The translations under genes were made by a program, and so were the position numbers. The notes under the pieces were generated by a model, which was not told where the DNA came from, did not search any database, and saw nothing but the letters and a program-made list of their open reading frames with translations. DNA of 64,000 nt from Candidatus Rokuibacteriota bacterium (GTDB lineage Bacteria > JAUVQV01 > DATDCY01). The stretch spans positions 1 through 64,000 of the forward strand of contig JANOHV010000005.1 of NCBI GenBank assembly GCA_031406795.1. The letters are read 5' to 3'. This document shows positions 38,969-49,180 of the stretch, piece by piece (position 1 is the first letter of the stretch; each line of letters starts with the position of its first letter).

Positions 38969-39532
38969 ATGTACGAAACAGCCGACATCCGCAAGAACCT
39001 GAAGGTCGTCATCGACGGTGCGCCCTGGGTCGTCATCGACTTCCAGCACGTCAAGCCCGGCAAAGGCAACGCGTTCACCCGGACCCGGTTGAAGAACATG
39101 ATCACCGGCAACGTGCTGGACCGGACGTACAAGACGGGCGAGCGGCTCGAGCCGGCCGCGCTCGAGGAGCACGACATGCAGTTCCTCTACAAGGAGGGGG
39201 ACCGCTTCCACTTCATGAACAACGCGAGCTACGAACAGGTCGAGCTCGACGAGGGTCACGTCGGGGACGCAGCCAATTGGATCACCGAGAACCTTTCGGT
39301 CAAGATCCTCTATTTCCGCGACCAGCCGATCGGCGTCACTCCGCCGAACTTCGTCGAACTCGAGGTGATCGAGTCCGACCCCGGCCTCAAGGGCGACACG
39401 GCAACCGGCGCGACGAAACCGGCAAAGCTCTCCACCGGCGCCACGATCTTCGTGCCGCTGTTCGTCAAACAGGGCGACTGGCTGCAGATCGACACCCGCA
39501 CGGCGGAGTACCTCCGGCGCGTCACGCGTTAG
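38969..39532 (+). CDS. efp: elongation factor P
   Basis: HVKPGKGNAF, PGLKGDTATG, VPLFV, IDTRT. Confidence 0.98.
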   Translation: MYETADIRKNLKVVIDGAPWVVIDFQHVKPGKGNAFTRTRLKNMITGNVLDRTYKTGERLEPAALEEHDMQFLYKEGDRFHFMNNASYEQVELDEGHVGDAANWITENLSVKILYFRDQPIGVTPPNFVELEVIESDPGLKGDTATGATKPAKLSTGATIFVPLFVKQGDWLQIDTRTAEYLRRVTR

Positions 39533-39538
39533 GGCACC

Positions 39539-39672
39539 GGTTGGCTACGAGGCCATTTTTCGCCCCAGCGGCGTTGCCCGGCCGCTTCGCTTGTGCGGCG
39601 TGCACCAGCACGCCTCCGCGCGAGCGTTCCGGGCTGCCTTGCTGGAACGAAAAATGACGCTCGTATCCAACC
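39539..39672 (+). repeat. structured palindromic repeat family A, copy 1
   Basis: Terminal IR ggttggctacgag/ctcgtatccaacc; internal GCGGCGTT, TGCGGCG-hairpin-CGCCTC, GCCTTGC. Confidence 0.8.
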
Positions 39673-39694
39673 TGCGCCGTCATCCGTTTCTTTC

Positions 39695-40612
39695 ATGAAA
39701 ATCGATCGATATGGAGCTTTGCCGCTTGCGGAGCGGCTGCGGTTGCGCGACCTGGTGGTGCGGCGGCTGCGCTCCTGGTTTCATGAACGCGGCTACGTCG
39801 AGGTCGAGACCGCCCAGCGGGTGGTCTGCCCGGGCATCGACGCCCACATCGACGCCCTCCCCGCGGGCGACGGCCGGTATCTGGCAACCTCGCCCGAACT
39901 CGAGATGAAAAAGCTCCTGGCCGCCGGCTGCCGTCGGATCGTACAGGTGGCCCGGGCGTTCCGCGCCGGCGAACGCGGCGAACGGCACAACGCCGAGTTC
40001 ACGCTCCTGGAGTGGTACGCCGCGGGCGAAGACTACCGCGACCTGATGACGAACACCGAGGCGCTTGTCGCGCAGGCCGCCGATGTGCTCGAGAGCGAGG
40101 GCGTCACGACGCGACTGGCCTCGTGGTCGCGTCCGTTCGCCCGGCTCGGCGTCGACGAGATCTTCGAACGCTGGGCCGGCTGGCGCCCCTCGACGGCTTT
40201 CGACGAGGAGCGGTTTTTCGAGGACTTCGTCATGAAGATCGAGCCGCGCCTCGAGACACTCGGCGCGGTCTTTCTCGCCGACTGGCCGGCACCCGCCGGC
40301 GCGCTGGCGCGGCGCTCCGCCGCCGACCCCGCGGTCTGCGAGCGCGTCGAACTGCTCCTCGACGGCGTGGAGATCAGCAACGGCTTCTCCGAGCTCACCG
40401 ATGCCGAGGAGCAGCTGGCGCGCTTCGAGCGCGACAACGCCGAACGGGTGCGGCGCGGGAAGGTCCCCTACCCGCTCGACCAGCGCTTCCTGGACGCCCT
40501 GACCAGCGGCGTCCCCACCTGCGCGGGCAACGCGCTCGGGGTCGATCGGCTGCTGATGGCGCTCACCGGCTGCAGGCGCCTCGCCGACGTCACCCTGCTG
40601 GCGGGCGCTTAA
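39695..40612 (+). CDS. epmA: EF-P lysine aminoacylase (GenX/PoxA)
   Basis: [43 protein letters not shown]; adjacent to efp. Confidence 0.93.
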   Translation: MKIDRYGALPLAERLRLRDLVVRRLRSWFHERGYVEVETAQRVVCPGIDAHIDALPAGDGRYLATSPELEMKKLLAAGCRRIVQVARAFRAGERGERHNAEFTLLEWYAAGEDYRDLMTNTEALVAQAADVLESEGVTTRLASWSRPFARLGVDEIFERWAGWRPSTAFDEERFFEDFVMKIEPRLETLGAVFLADWPAPAGALARRSAADPAVCERVELLLDGVEISNGFSELTDAEEQLARFERDNAERVRRGKVPYPLDQRFLDALTSGVPTCAGNALGVDRLLMALTGCRRLADVTLLAGA

Positions 40613-40760
40613 CGCTCGAGTCTTCGCGAACAGCGACGGGGACGGGCAGCCGCGGATTAGCCAGCACCGAGCTAAACCGCGGTCCTCGCGCGGCTACTGG
40701 CGGGACGGCGCGGGGAAGGCTATGATTGCGCCATCCGACCAATCACGGGGGGGGACGACG

Positions 40761-41393
40761 ATGGGAACCGACGAGAAGAGCACGAAGGTCCTGGTGGTGT
40801 ACTACTCGATGTACGGTCACGTCCGCCGCATGGCGGACGCCGTCGCCGAAGGCGCGCGCGAGGTTCCCGGGGTCCAGGTCGAACTGCGGCGCGTCCCGGA
40901 GACGCTGACGGAGCAGGTCCTCCAGGCAATGGGCGCCCTCGAGGCCCAGAAGGCCATGGCCGGCGTCCCGATCTGCACCACCGATGAGCTTGCCGCCGCC
41001 GACGCGATCGTCTTCGGCACCCCGACACGCTTCGGCAACATGTGCGGCCAGATGCGCCAGTTCCTGGACTCCACGGGGGGGCTCTGGGCCAAGGGCGCGC
41101 TGATCGGCAAGGTCGGGAGCGTCTTCACGAGCAGCGCGACGCAGCACGGGGGCCAGGAGTCGACCATCCTCTCGTTTCACACCACCCTGCTGCACCAGGG
41201 CATGGTGATCGTCGGCCTGCCCTACTCCTACCAGGGGCAGATGCGCATCGACGAGGTGACGGGGTGCTCGCCCTACGGCGCCTCCACCATCGCCGGCGGC
41301 AAGGGCGAGCGCATGCCGAGCGAGAACGAACTGGCGGGCGCCCGGTTCCAGGGGCGGCACGTGGCGGCATTGGCGAAGAAGATCGCCGGTTAG
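40761..41393 (+). CDS. wrbA: NAD(P)H:quinone oxidoreductase WrbA
   Basis: [36 protein letters not shown]. Confidence 0.96.
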   Translation: MGTDEKSTKVLVVYYSMYGHVRRMADAVAEGAREVPGVQVELRRVPETLTEQVLQAMGALEAQKAMAGVPICTTDELAAADAIVFGTPTRFGNMCGQMRQFLDSTGGLWAKGALIGKVGSVFTSSATQHGGQESTILSFHTTLLHQGMVIVGLPYSYQGQMRIDEVTGCSPYGASTIAGGKGERMPSENELAGARFQGRHVAALAKKIAG

Positions 41394-41409
41394 GCGGGAG
41401 GGCGCACCG

Positions 41410-41643
41410 ATGGGTTTCCTGGACAAGGTGACGGAGTTCTTCAAGGAAGACGACACCTGGATGCGCAAGGAGCCCCGGCAGTTTCAGGGCAAGACTTTCA
41501 CGGCCTGGGACGAGAAGGCCGACGAGCGCTCCGCCTGGCCGAACGCCCCGTGCGCCAAGTGTGGGGGGATCGGCCTGAAGAAGGAACTCTACTGGAACCG
41601 CGAGACCGACACCTGGTACCACCCCGACTGCATGACGGAGTAA
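41410..41643 (+). CDS. small hypothetical protein with CxxC...HxxC putative zinc site
   Basis: GGGAGG SD, host-like codon use, CAKC and HPDC. Confidence 0.65.
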   Translation: MGFLDKVTEFFKEDDTWMRKEPRQFQGKTFTAWDEKADERSAWPNAPCAKCGGIGLKKELYWNRETDTWYHPDCMTE

Positions 41644-44600
41644 CCGCGTCCCTGCGCGAGATCGCCGCGACCCTGAGGCGGGGTCCGGCGCGGCTCACCC
41701 TGCGCGGCGCCGTCACGTCGGCGCGTCCTTTTCTCGCTGCCGCGCTGCACCGCGCGCTGCGGACACCGGTCCTGGTGGTCACGGCGGGCAACCGGGAGGC
41801 GGAGCGCTTCTGCGACGAGGCCGCTTTCTGGCTGCCGCGCACCGAGCGGGCGCTGCTCTTCCCGTCGCGCGAGATCCTGCCCTTCGAGCCGCTCTCTCCC
41901 GAGCCGGGGATCGCAGCCGGGCGCATGGCGACGCTCGCGGCGCTGGCGGCCGGCGCCGCGCGCCCGCTGGTCGTGGCGCCGCTCGAGGCCGTTCTTCAGT
42001 ATCTGATCCCGCGGGGCAAGCTGCACCTCGCGCGCCTCGACGTGCAGCGCGGCGCCACCCTCGAGTGGGAGCGCTTCCGCCGGCACCTCGTGCAGTGGGG
42101 CTACCGGCCGGCCGGCCGGGTCGCCGAGCCGGGCGAGTTCTCCCAGCGCGGCGGCATCGTCGACCTGTTCCCGCCGGCCCAGCCCGCGCCGGTGCGGATC
42201 GAACTGCTCGGCGACGAGGTCGACTCGCTCCACGCCTTCGACGTGGAGACCCAGCGCAACACCGCCCCCCTCGAGCGGGTGGCCGTCCTGCCGGCGCGCG
42301 AGGTGTTCCTCGACGGCGGCGTCCTCGGGGCGCTGAAGAAGCATCTCGTCGTGCCCGAAGGCGGACCGGCGGGCGGGGATTCCTGGCTGTCGCAGCACGC
42401 CGCCGCGCTCCCGGGGCTCGAGCACTACGGCGCCGCGCTGCTGCACTCGCGCCAGACGCTGCTGGATTACTTCGCGACTCCCCCGGCGCTGCTCCTGGAC
42501 GAGTGGCCGGATCTCGAGTCCCGCGCCGGCAAACTCGCCGAGGAGATCGCCCAGGGACTCGGGCGGGCCGCTTTGCCGGGCCTCGCAGATCCGGACCGGG
42601 TCTTCGTCGGCTTCGACGCCTGGCGCGCAGCGATCAAGGATTTCGGGGTCGTGCAGTTCGATCTGTTCGGCCTCGCGCCGGACGCCGACCGCGAGTTCCA
42701 CGTCGAGACCGTGACCGGACGCGCCTTCCTCGCGGCCGGCGGGGCGTCCGGAACGCGCGAGGGGCATCTGCCGGCCGCGGTGAAAACCATTGCGGCCGCC
42801 CAGGGGCGCACGGCGGTGCTCGTCGTCGCCCGCACGCCCGCGGACACCGCGCGCATCGGCGAATTGTGCCGCGAACTGGGCCTCGGCACCGCGCCGCTCG
42901 AACCGGACGCGGTCCCGGGCGTCGTGGCCGACCCCCGGCCCGGCGCGCCCCTGCTGACCTTCGGCCCGCCGGCCGAGGGCTTCTGCTGGCCGGAAGCCGG
43001 GATCGCGGTGCTGACCGAGGACGACCTCTTTGGCACCCGGGTGCGCGCGCACACGGCAGCGGGACCGCCGCGCGGAACCCTGGTGCCGGACTTCGCGCTG
43101 CTGCGCCCCGGTGACCTGCTGGTACACACCGACTACGGGATTGGCCGCTTCGGCGGTCTCGTGCGCCTTGCAGCCGGCGACGGCGAGGAGGAGTTCCTGC
43201 TGCTGCTTTACCAGGACGAGGCGAAGCTGTACGTGCCGGTCGGCGCCATCGACCGGGTCCAGCGCTACATCGCCGCCGAAGGCGTGCGCCCGCTCCTCGA
43301 CCGACTCGGCGGCCGGGGCTGGGTCACGACCAAGAAGCGCGCGAAGAAGGCGATGCTCGGCATGGCCCGCGAGCTGCTCGAACTGGCGGCGCTGCGGCAG
43401 CACGCCCCCGGGCACGCGTTCGCCGCCGATTCGCCCTGGCAGGCGGAGTTCGAAATGGCCTTCGACTACGAGCCGACGAAGGACCAGCTGCGCGCCGCCG
43501 AGGAGACCAAGGCCGACATGGAGCGGCCGCACCCGATGGACCGGCTGGTCTGCGGGGACGTCGGCTACGGCAAGACCGAGATCGCGATGCGGGCGGCTTT
43601 CAAAGCCGTGATGGACGGCAAGCAGGTGGCGCTGCTCGCCCCGACCACCGTGCTCGCCCAGCAGCACTTCGTCACCTTCACCGAGCGCTTCGCACCATGG
43701 CCGACCCGCATCGAGGTCCTCAGCCGATTCGTGGCGCCGAAGGAGCAGCGCCGGATCGTCGAGGCGCTCGCGCGGGGCGACGTCGACATCCTGATCGGCA
43801 CGCACCGCATCGTCGGGAAGGACATCGTCTTTTCCGATCTGGGCCTGCTGATCATCGACGAGGAACAGCGCTTCGGCGTGCGCCACAAAGAGGCGCTCAA
43901 GCGGATGCGCGCACACGTCGACGTGCTGACCCTGACGGCTACGCCGATCCCGCGCACCCTGCACCTGGCGCTCTCGGGGCTGCGCGAGCTCTCGCTGGTC
44001 GCCACGCCGCCGGAGAACCGGCTGGCCATCCAGACAACGATCGCGCGCTTCGAGCCGGCGCTCGTCGCCGAGGCGGTGCGGCGCGAACTGGCCCGCGGCG
44101 GGCAGGTCTTTTTCGTGCACAACCGCGTGAAGAGCATCTTCAGGATCGCCGCGTGGCTCGCGCGCCTGGTGCCCGAGGCCCGCGTGGGCGTCGGCCACGG
44201 CCAGATGGCCGAACGCGAACTCGCGCGCGCCATGGCGGCGTTCCGCGGCGGCACGCTGGACGTGCTGGTCTCGACCTCGATCGTGGAGTCCGGGCTCGAC
44301 ATCCCGAACGCCAATACGATGATCGTCAACCGCGCCGACGCCTTCGGGCTCGCCGAACTCTACCAGTTGCGGGGGCGCATCGGGCGCTCGCGCCACCGCG
44401 CCTTCGCGTACCTGCTGATCCCGGGCGAGGACGCGCTCTCCGACACCGCGCGCCGCAGGATCGAGGTGCTTCGCGAATACTCCCACCTGGGGGCCGGCTT
44501 CCAGGTGGCGCTCTTCGATCTGGAGATCCGCGGGGCCGGGAACATCGTCGGCTACGAGCAGTCGGGGCAGATCGCCGCTCTCGGCTTCGAGATGTACGCG

Positions 44601-45098
44601 CAGCTGCTGCGCGACACGATCAGCGAACTGCAGGGGGAGCCCGTCCCCGAGGTGCTGCCGACGCAGGTCACGATCTGTCTGCCGACAGTCCTGCCCGAGT
44701 CCTACGTGGCCGAAGCGCCGCAACGGCTGGATTTTTACAAGCGGATCGCCGCGGCGCGCGACCCTGCCGCGCTGGAGGAGGCCGGCGGCGAACTGCGCGA
44801 GCGGTTCGGCCCCCTGCCCGAACCGGCGCAGAACCTGCTGCGCGTCGCGAAACTGCGACTGGCCGGCGAGGCACTCGGGCTCGAGCGCATTGGCTGGCAG
44901 GCCGACACGCTCGAGATCGTCGCGCGACGCGGGGCGGCGGTGGCGCCCGAGCGCGTGGTGGCCCTGCTCGCGCGCTCGGGCGGGCGGGCTCGGCTCGCCG
45001 GCGAGAGCCGCCTCACGTGGCTCTGGCGCCGTCGCGACGCGGACGGACGGCTCGCCGAAGCACTCGAGCTCTTGAGCGGGCTCGCGACCTCGTGCTAG
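41550..45098 (+). CDS. mfd: transcription-repair coupling factor (start uncertain)
   Basis: GEFSQRGGIVD, CarD-like domain, GDVGYGKTE, IIDEEQRFGV, LYQLRGRIGR, TRCF domain. Confidence 0.96.
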   Translation: MRQVWGDRPEEGTLLEPRDRHLVPPRLHDGVTASLREIAATLRRGPARLTLRGAVTSARPFLAAALHRALRTPVLVVTAGNREAERFCDEAAFWLPRTERALLFPSREILPFEPLSPEPGIAAGRMATLAALAAGAARPLVVAPLEAVLQYLIPRGKLHLARLDVQRGATLEWERFRRHLVQWGYRPAGRVAEPGEFSQRGGIVDLFPPAQPAPVRIELLGDEVDSLHAFDVETQRNTAPLERVAVLPAREVFLDGGVLGALKKHLVVPEGGPAGGDSWLSQHAAALPGLEHYGAALLHSRQTLLDYFATPPALLLDEWPDLESRAGKLAEEIAQGLGRAALPGLADPDRVFVGFDAWRAAIKDFGVVQFDLFGLAPDADREFHVETVTGRAFLAAGGASGTREGHLPAAVKTIAAAQGRTAVLVVARTPADTARIGELCRELGLGTAPLEPDAVPGVVADPRPGAPLLTFGPPAEGFCWPEAGIAVLTEDDLFGTRVRAHTAAGPPRGTLVPDFALLRPGDLLVHTDYGIGRFGGLVRLAAGDGEEEFLLLLYQDEAKLYVPVGAIDRVQRYIAAEGVRPLLDRLGGRGWVTTKKRAKKAMLGMARELLELAALRQHAPGHAFAADSPWQAEFEMAFDYEPTKDQLRAAEETKADMERPHPMDRLVCGDVGYGKTEIAMRAAFKAVMDGKQVALLAPTTVLAQQHFVTFTERFAPWPTRIEVLSRFVAPKEQRRIVEALARGDVDILIGTHRIVGKDIVFSDLGLLIIDEEQRFGVRHKEALKRMRAHVDVLTLTATPIPRTLHLALSGLRELSLVATPPENRLAIQTTIARFEPALVAEAVRRELARGGQVFFVHNRVKSIFRIAAWLARLVPEARVGVGHGQMAERELARAMAAFRGGTLDVLVSTSIVESGLDIPNANTMIVNRADAFGLAELYQLRGRIGRSRHRAFAYLLIPGEDALSDTARRRIEVLREYSHLGAGFQVALFDLEIRGAGNIVGYEQSGQIAALGFEMYAQLLRDTISELQGEPVPEVLPTQVTICLPTVLPESYVAEAPQRLDFYKRIAAARDPAALEEAGGELRERFGPLPEPAQNLLRVAKLRLAGEALGLERIGWQADTLEIVARRGAAVAPERVVALLARSGGRARLAGESRLTWLWRRRDADGRLAEALELLSGLATSC

Positions 45099-45106
45099 GG
45101 TTCGGC

Positions 45107-46027
45107 ATGCCCGCGCTGCGTGTGCTCGTCCCGCTGATCGCGCTCCTGATCGCCCTCGGCTGCCGGCTGCCGCGGGACACGGCGGCCGAGGTCGATGGCC
45201 GGCGCATCGGGGCCGCGGAACTGGAAGCCGCTGTCCGCGCCTTCAGTGCGACCTTCGGACAACTGCCGCCGGCCCTCGAGCGGGAACTGCCTCGCGTCCG
45301 CCGCGCCGTCCTCGAGCGGCTGATCGACCGCGAGATGATGCTCGCCGAGGCCGGGCGGCGCGGCATCCGCCCCTCCCCCGGGGAGCTCGAAGGGACGCTG
45401 TCCACGACGCGCGTGGGGATGCCGGCGAAGGAACTCGAGGCGACCCTCGCCGAAGCCGGCACCGACCGCGAGAAGTGGCGCCTCGCCGCCGAGCGCGACC
45501 TGACGATCGAAAAGCTGCAGGCCGCGATCACCGCCCCGGTGACCGTCGGCGAGCCGGAAATTGACGCCTGGATCGCCACCCACCGCGAGCGGCGCGAACT
45601 GCCGGAGGAGGCGCGCGCCGCGCAGCTGCTGGTGCGCGCCGAGGCCGACGCCATCGAGGCGCGGCGGCGGATTGCCGGCGGCGCCGCGTTCGCCGACGTT
45701 GCGCGCGAGGTCTCACTCAGCCCGGACGCCGAACGCGGCGGCGACCTCGGCTACTTTGCCCGGGGCCAGATGCCGCCCGAGTTCGACGAGACCGTCTTCT
45801 CCCTCCCGCGCGGCCAGCTCAGCGAGGTCGTGGCCAGTCCCTACGGCTTTCACCTTTTCCTCGTCCTCGACCGGCGGCCCGGCCGCTTCCGCAGCGACGT
45901 CGAAGTGCGCGCGGACGTGCGGACCGCCCTGCTGGCCAGCAAACGCGAAGAGGCGTTTCGCGCCTGGCTCGCCGACGCCCGCGCCAGGGCGCGCATCACG
46001 TACAACCGCTCCCCCCTCCCCCGCTAG
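45107..46027 (+). CDS. PpiC-type peptidylprolyl isomerase (PrsA/SurA-like, probable lipoprotein)
   Basis: LGC lipobox-like, FADVAREVS, GGDLGYF, SPYGFHL. Confidence 0.88.
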   Translation: MPALRVLVPLIALLIALGCRLPRDTAAEVDGRRIGAAELEAAVRAFSATFGQLPPALERELPRVRRAVLERLIDREMMLAEAGRRGIRPSPGELEGTLSTTRVGMPAKELEATLAEAGTDREKWRLAAERDLTIEKLQAAITAPVTVGEPEIDAWIATHRERRELPEEARAAQLLVRAEADAIEARRRIAGGAAFADVAREVSLSPDAERGGDLGYFARGQMPPEFDETVFSLPRGQLSEVVASPYGFHLFLVLDRRPGRFRSDVEVRADVRTALLASKREEAFRAWLADARARARITYNRSPLPR

Positions 46028-46028
46028 C

Positions 46029-46154
46029 GCAGGCAGTTGAAAAAGGCCCTTCTGCGGCGTCGGGCTTCGCCCCTCGTCACTGCGGCGTACTGCTCGTACG
46101 CCTCATTCCTCAGGGCTCGCCCGCCTTGCACCTGGACCTTTTTGAACTGCCTGC
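46029..46154 (+). repeat. structured palindromic repeat family A, copy 2 (MITE-like ends)
   Basis: gcaggcagttgaaaaagg / cctttttgaactgcctgc terminal IR; same internal motifs. Confidence 0.8.
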
Positions 46155-46207
46155 TTGTGTAAGAACTCATTAATCCCGTTTCCGCGGACTTGCCAGAGAA
46201 GGACCGA

Positions 46208-47218
46208 ATGGCGTATACAGATGCTCCGATGCTAACGATCTTCCGTACCCTCGCGACCGCCGGACCTGTTCTCGCGCTCGTCCTGACGCTGGCGCTGACG
46301 TGCGTCCCGGCGGCGGCGGTCGTGGTCGACGGGATTGCCGCCGTCGTCAACGGGGAGGTCATCACGCTGCTCGAACTCGAGAAGGCCGGCGGCCTCGCTC
46401 TCGAGGAACGCCAGCGCACCGCCCCCGCCGCCGACCAGGAACGACTGCGCCACGAGGTTCTGGCGGCAGTCCTCGACCAGCTGGTCCTCGTCCGGATCCA
46501 GACGCAGCGCGCCCGCCAGTCCGGAGTCCAGGTCGCCCCGGCCGAGATCGACACCGCAATCGCCAACATCCGCGAGGACAACCGGATGAGCGAGGAGGTG
46601 CTCACCCGCCTGCTGCAGGAGCGGGGGATGTCGCCGGAGGAGTATCGGCGCGACATCGAGGATCAGATCCGGCTCTCCAAGCTCGTTCAGCGCGAAATCC
46701 GCGCCAAGGTCGCGGCGACAGACGAGGAGACCGCGGCGTGGTTCGCCGAGCACCGCCCGGACTGGTACCGTCCCGAGAAGATCCGCGTCCGCCACCTGCT
46801 GATCCCGCTGCCGAAGGAGGCTTCGGCCGACGAGGTCGAGGGCGCGCGGGCGCGGGCGCAAGCGCTGCTCGAGCGGGTCAGGGGGGGGATGGACTTCGCG
46901 GCTCTCGTGCGCGCCGAGACGCCGGGCGCCGCCGCCGACACCGACCCCGTTTCCGGCGAGTTGGCGCGCGGCGAGCTCTTCCCGGCGCTCGAGGCGGCCG
47001 CATTCGTTCTGCCCGTCGGCGGCGTCAGCGAGCCCGTGCGCAGCCCCGCGGGCTTCCACGTGGTGCAGGTGGCGGAGAAGACACCGGCCTACGAGCCGAA
47101 ACTCGACGAGGTCCGCGCGAGCATCGAGCAGAAGATCGTCGAGCGCAAGACGCGGGAACGCTACGACGTCTGGGTCAAGCAACTTCGATCCGAAGCCATC
47201 ATCGAAATCCGTTACTAG
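46208..47218 (+). CDS. SurA-like chaperone/PPIase
   Basis: VDGIAAVVNGEVIT, IRVRHLLI, SPAGFHVV, LRSEAIIEIR; start uncertain (46208 or 46229). Confidence 0.88.
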   Translation: MAYTDAPMLTIFRTLATAGPVLALVLTLALTCVPAAAVVVDGIAAVVNGEVITLLELEKAGGLALEERQRTAPAADQERLRHEVLAAVLDQLVLVRIQTQRARQSGVQVAPAEIDTAIANIREDNRMSEEVLTRLLQERGMSPEEYRRDIEDQIRLSKLVQREIRAKVAATDEETAAWFAEHRPDWYRPEKIRVRHLLIPLPKEASADEVEGARARAQALLERVRGGMDFAALVRAETPGAAADTDPVSGELARGELFPALEAAAFVLPVGGVSEPVRSPAGFHVVQVAEKTPAYEPKLDEVRASIEQKIVERKTRERYDVWVKQLRSEAIIEIRY

Positions 47219-47249
47219 GCGCCCGGGTCCGCCCGCGGCGGGAGTGCGG

Positions 47250-47879
47250 TCAGGTTGTCTTCTTCGCCTTCCGGGGCTTGAGCGGCGGGACGAGGGCGAT
47301 CCCCTCGCGGCGGGCGGCGATCACGATGCGGGCGCAGGCCTCGGCATCCGATGCCGGGTCGTGGTGGTTCAGCGCTATCCCGAGGTGCTCGCAGACCGCA
47401 GGCAGGTTTGCGCGGGTCAGGCCGCTGGGCCTCCAGGCCCGCCGGGCAAGCTGCACCGTACAGTGAAAACTCAGCGCGGGCGGCGGCACCCCGGCAACGC
47501 CGCAACAGGCCGCGAGCACGCCGCGGTCGAACGAGGCGTTGTGCGCCGCCAAGAACGTCGCCCGGGCCAGCTTCGCGGCGATCTCGGGCCAGAGTTCGGC
47601 GAAGGACGGCTCGCCGCGCACGTGCGCCCAGGTGATCCCGTGGATGTGCGTGAAGGCGAACCGCGCGCGCGGCGGGCGTATCATGAACAGGTCGCGACCG
47701 ACGATTTCGAGGCCTTCCACGTGCACGAGCGCCAGAGCGCAGGCGCTGTCGGCGCCGTAGTCCGCGGTCTCGAAATCGATTGCGGTGAACGGGCTGTCGA
47801 CCGCCGGCGGGGCGGCGCCCGGGGGACAGCCCGCCGGCTTAGTACCGCCGGGCAAGATAGTCGGCGAGGATCTGCGCAT
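47250..47879 (-). CDS. DEDDh 3'-5' exonuclease (DnaQ-like); start uncertain
   Basis: [31 protein letters not shown]. Confidence 0.85.
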   Translation of the reverse strand: MRRSSPTILPGGTKPAGCPPGAAPPAVDSPFTAIDFETADYGADSACALALVHVEGLEIVGRDLFMIRPPRARFAFTHIHGITWAHVRGEPSFAELWPEIAAKLARATFLAAHNASFDRGVLAACCGVAGVPPPALSFHCTVQLARRAWRPSGLTRANLPAVCEHLGIALNHHDPASDAEACARIVIAARREGIALVPPLKPRKAKKTT

Positions 47880-48237
47880 GGTCGAAAACGAGCGGCGGCA
47901 ATTCACCCGCGGGGAAGACGCGCGCCTCCGCCGCGTCGTCGCCACCGCGCGGGACGCCGTCGGCGTCGGCAAGAAAGACCGTGCTGATCGTGTGCCGTCG
48001 GGGGTCGCGCGCCGGGTCGGAGTAGGTGTGGAACTGCCGCACAAGGCGCACCGCGAGCGCCGTCTCCTCGAGCGCCTCGCGCACGGCCGCGGCTTCGAGC
48101 GTCTCTCCCGCGTCGACGAAGCCGCCGGGCAGCGCCCAGCCGAGCGGCGGGTTCCTTCTCTGCACGAGCACGACGCCGCCGCCGAGACGGATGATCAGAT
48201 CGACCGTCGGCACCGGGCTCCTGTGGTCTGCCTTCAT
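47839..48237 (-). CDS. NUDIX hydrolase
   Basis: [24 protein letters not shown] Nudix box, RDPR, GDDA, FDH. Confidence 0.92.
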   Translation of the reverse strand: MKADHRSPVPTVDLIIRLGGGVVLVQRRNPPLGWALPGGFVDAGETLEAAAVREALEETALAVRLVRQFHTYSDPARDPRRHTISTVFLADADGVPRGGDDAAEARVFPAGELPPLVFDHAQILADYLARRY

Positions 48238-48365
48238 CCGTTCACCAGGATTGATGGATACCCAAGGACGGCTTTGGAGCGTCTACCAATCAGCGTTCTC
48301 CATCGTGACTTGTGGAAAGTTCTACGTAACTGAACACCGTCTTTCGACACGTTTTCCGAACGGGG

Positions 48366-48507
48366 GAACGGGTGCTGCGGGAGCGTCATTTCGCGCCCTG
48401 GCAAGGCAGTCCGGAAGCGTGCGCGGAGGCGGGCTGGTGCCCGCCGCACAAGCGACGCGCCGGACAACGCCGCCAGGGCGCGAAAGGGCCTCCCGCAGGG
48501 CCCGTTC
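48366..48507 (-). repeat. structured palindromic repeat family A, copy 3
   Basis: Colinear with reverse complement of 39539-39672, with compensatory changes. Confidence 0.8.
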
Positions 48508-49153
48508 ATAAATTCAAGATCATGTCTTGAAAATTCTTCCACCAGTAGTAGAGGAGCATCGTGATCGCGATGCTCAGCGCGAAGAACCCGAGAAAGAGGT
48601 AGACCGCGACCGAGGAGAGCCGCAGCGAGGCCTGCGCCTGCGCCCCGATCTTGGCGACCGCGTCCGCCTTGAGCTTTCCGGCGGTCCGTTCCATCGCCAG
48701 CCCGAGATCCATGGCCTGACTGCGCAATTCGTTCACTTCCGACCAGTTGGTGACGCCGCCGATGCGCGGCAGATTGTTGACCACGACCCGATACTTGTCG
48801 AGGCTGGCCTTGATCGCCTCCAGGTCGGCGCGCCACTCCGCCCCGGCATCCTGGGTCAGCGCCACCGCGATGGTCTTCTCCAGAGTCGCCGTGTGCGCGG
48901 CCACCTCGCCGGTGTCGGGCAGGTACTCGCCGAGGTACTTGTAGAAACTCGATTGCGCCTGGTGCACCAGCGTGCTGATCTCCCCGGCGGAGACCAGCCC
49001 GGGCTGGTAGCGCTCGTGGATGCGCGTGATCGCGCTCTGGAGCGTCAGCAGACTCGCGGCCGCGATCACGTCCAGCATGACCATGGCGACCACGAGCACG
49101 ACCAGCCAGCGCTTGATCTGGACGCCGGCAGGCTTTCCGGCAATGATTCCCAT
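48506..49153 (-). CDS. two-TM protein with MCP-like four-helix periplasmic domain
   Basis: TM - ~150-aa helical domain - TM, about 10-aa cytoplasmic tail. Confidence 0.65.
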   Translation of the reverse strand: MGIIAGKPAGVQIKRWLVVLVVAMVMLDVIAAASLLTLQSAITRIHERYQPGLVSAGEISTLVHQAQSSFYKYLGEYLPDTGEVAAHTATLEKTIAVALTQDAGAEWRADLEAIKASLDKYRVVVNNLPRIGGVTNWSEVNELRSQAMDLGLAMERTAGKLKADAVAKIGAQAQASLRLSSVAVYLFLGFFALSIAITMLLYYWWKNFQDMILNL

Positions 49154-49180
49154 CGGTCGTCCCCCCCGCCGCGTGAACGG

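Noticed and set aside
38969-40612. Absence of epmB next to efp-epmA as a novelty
   Set aside because: epmB can be encoded elsewhere; cannot be judged from one window.
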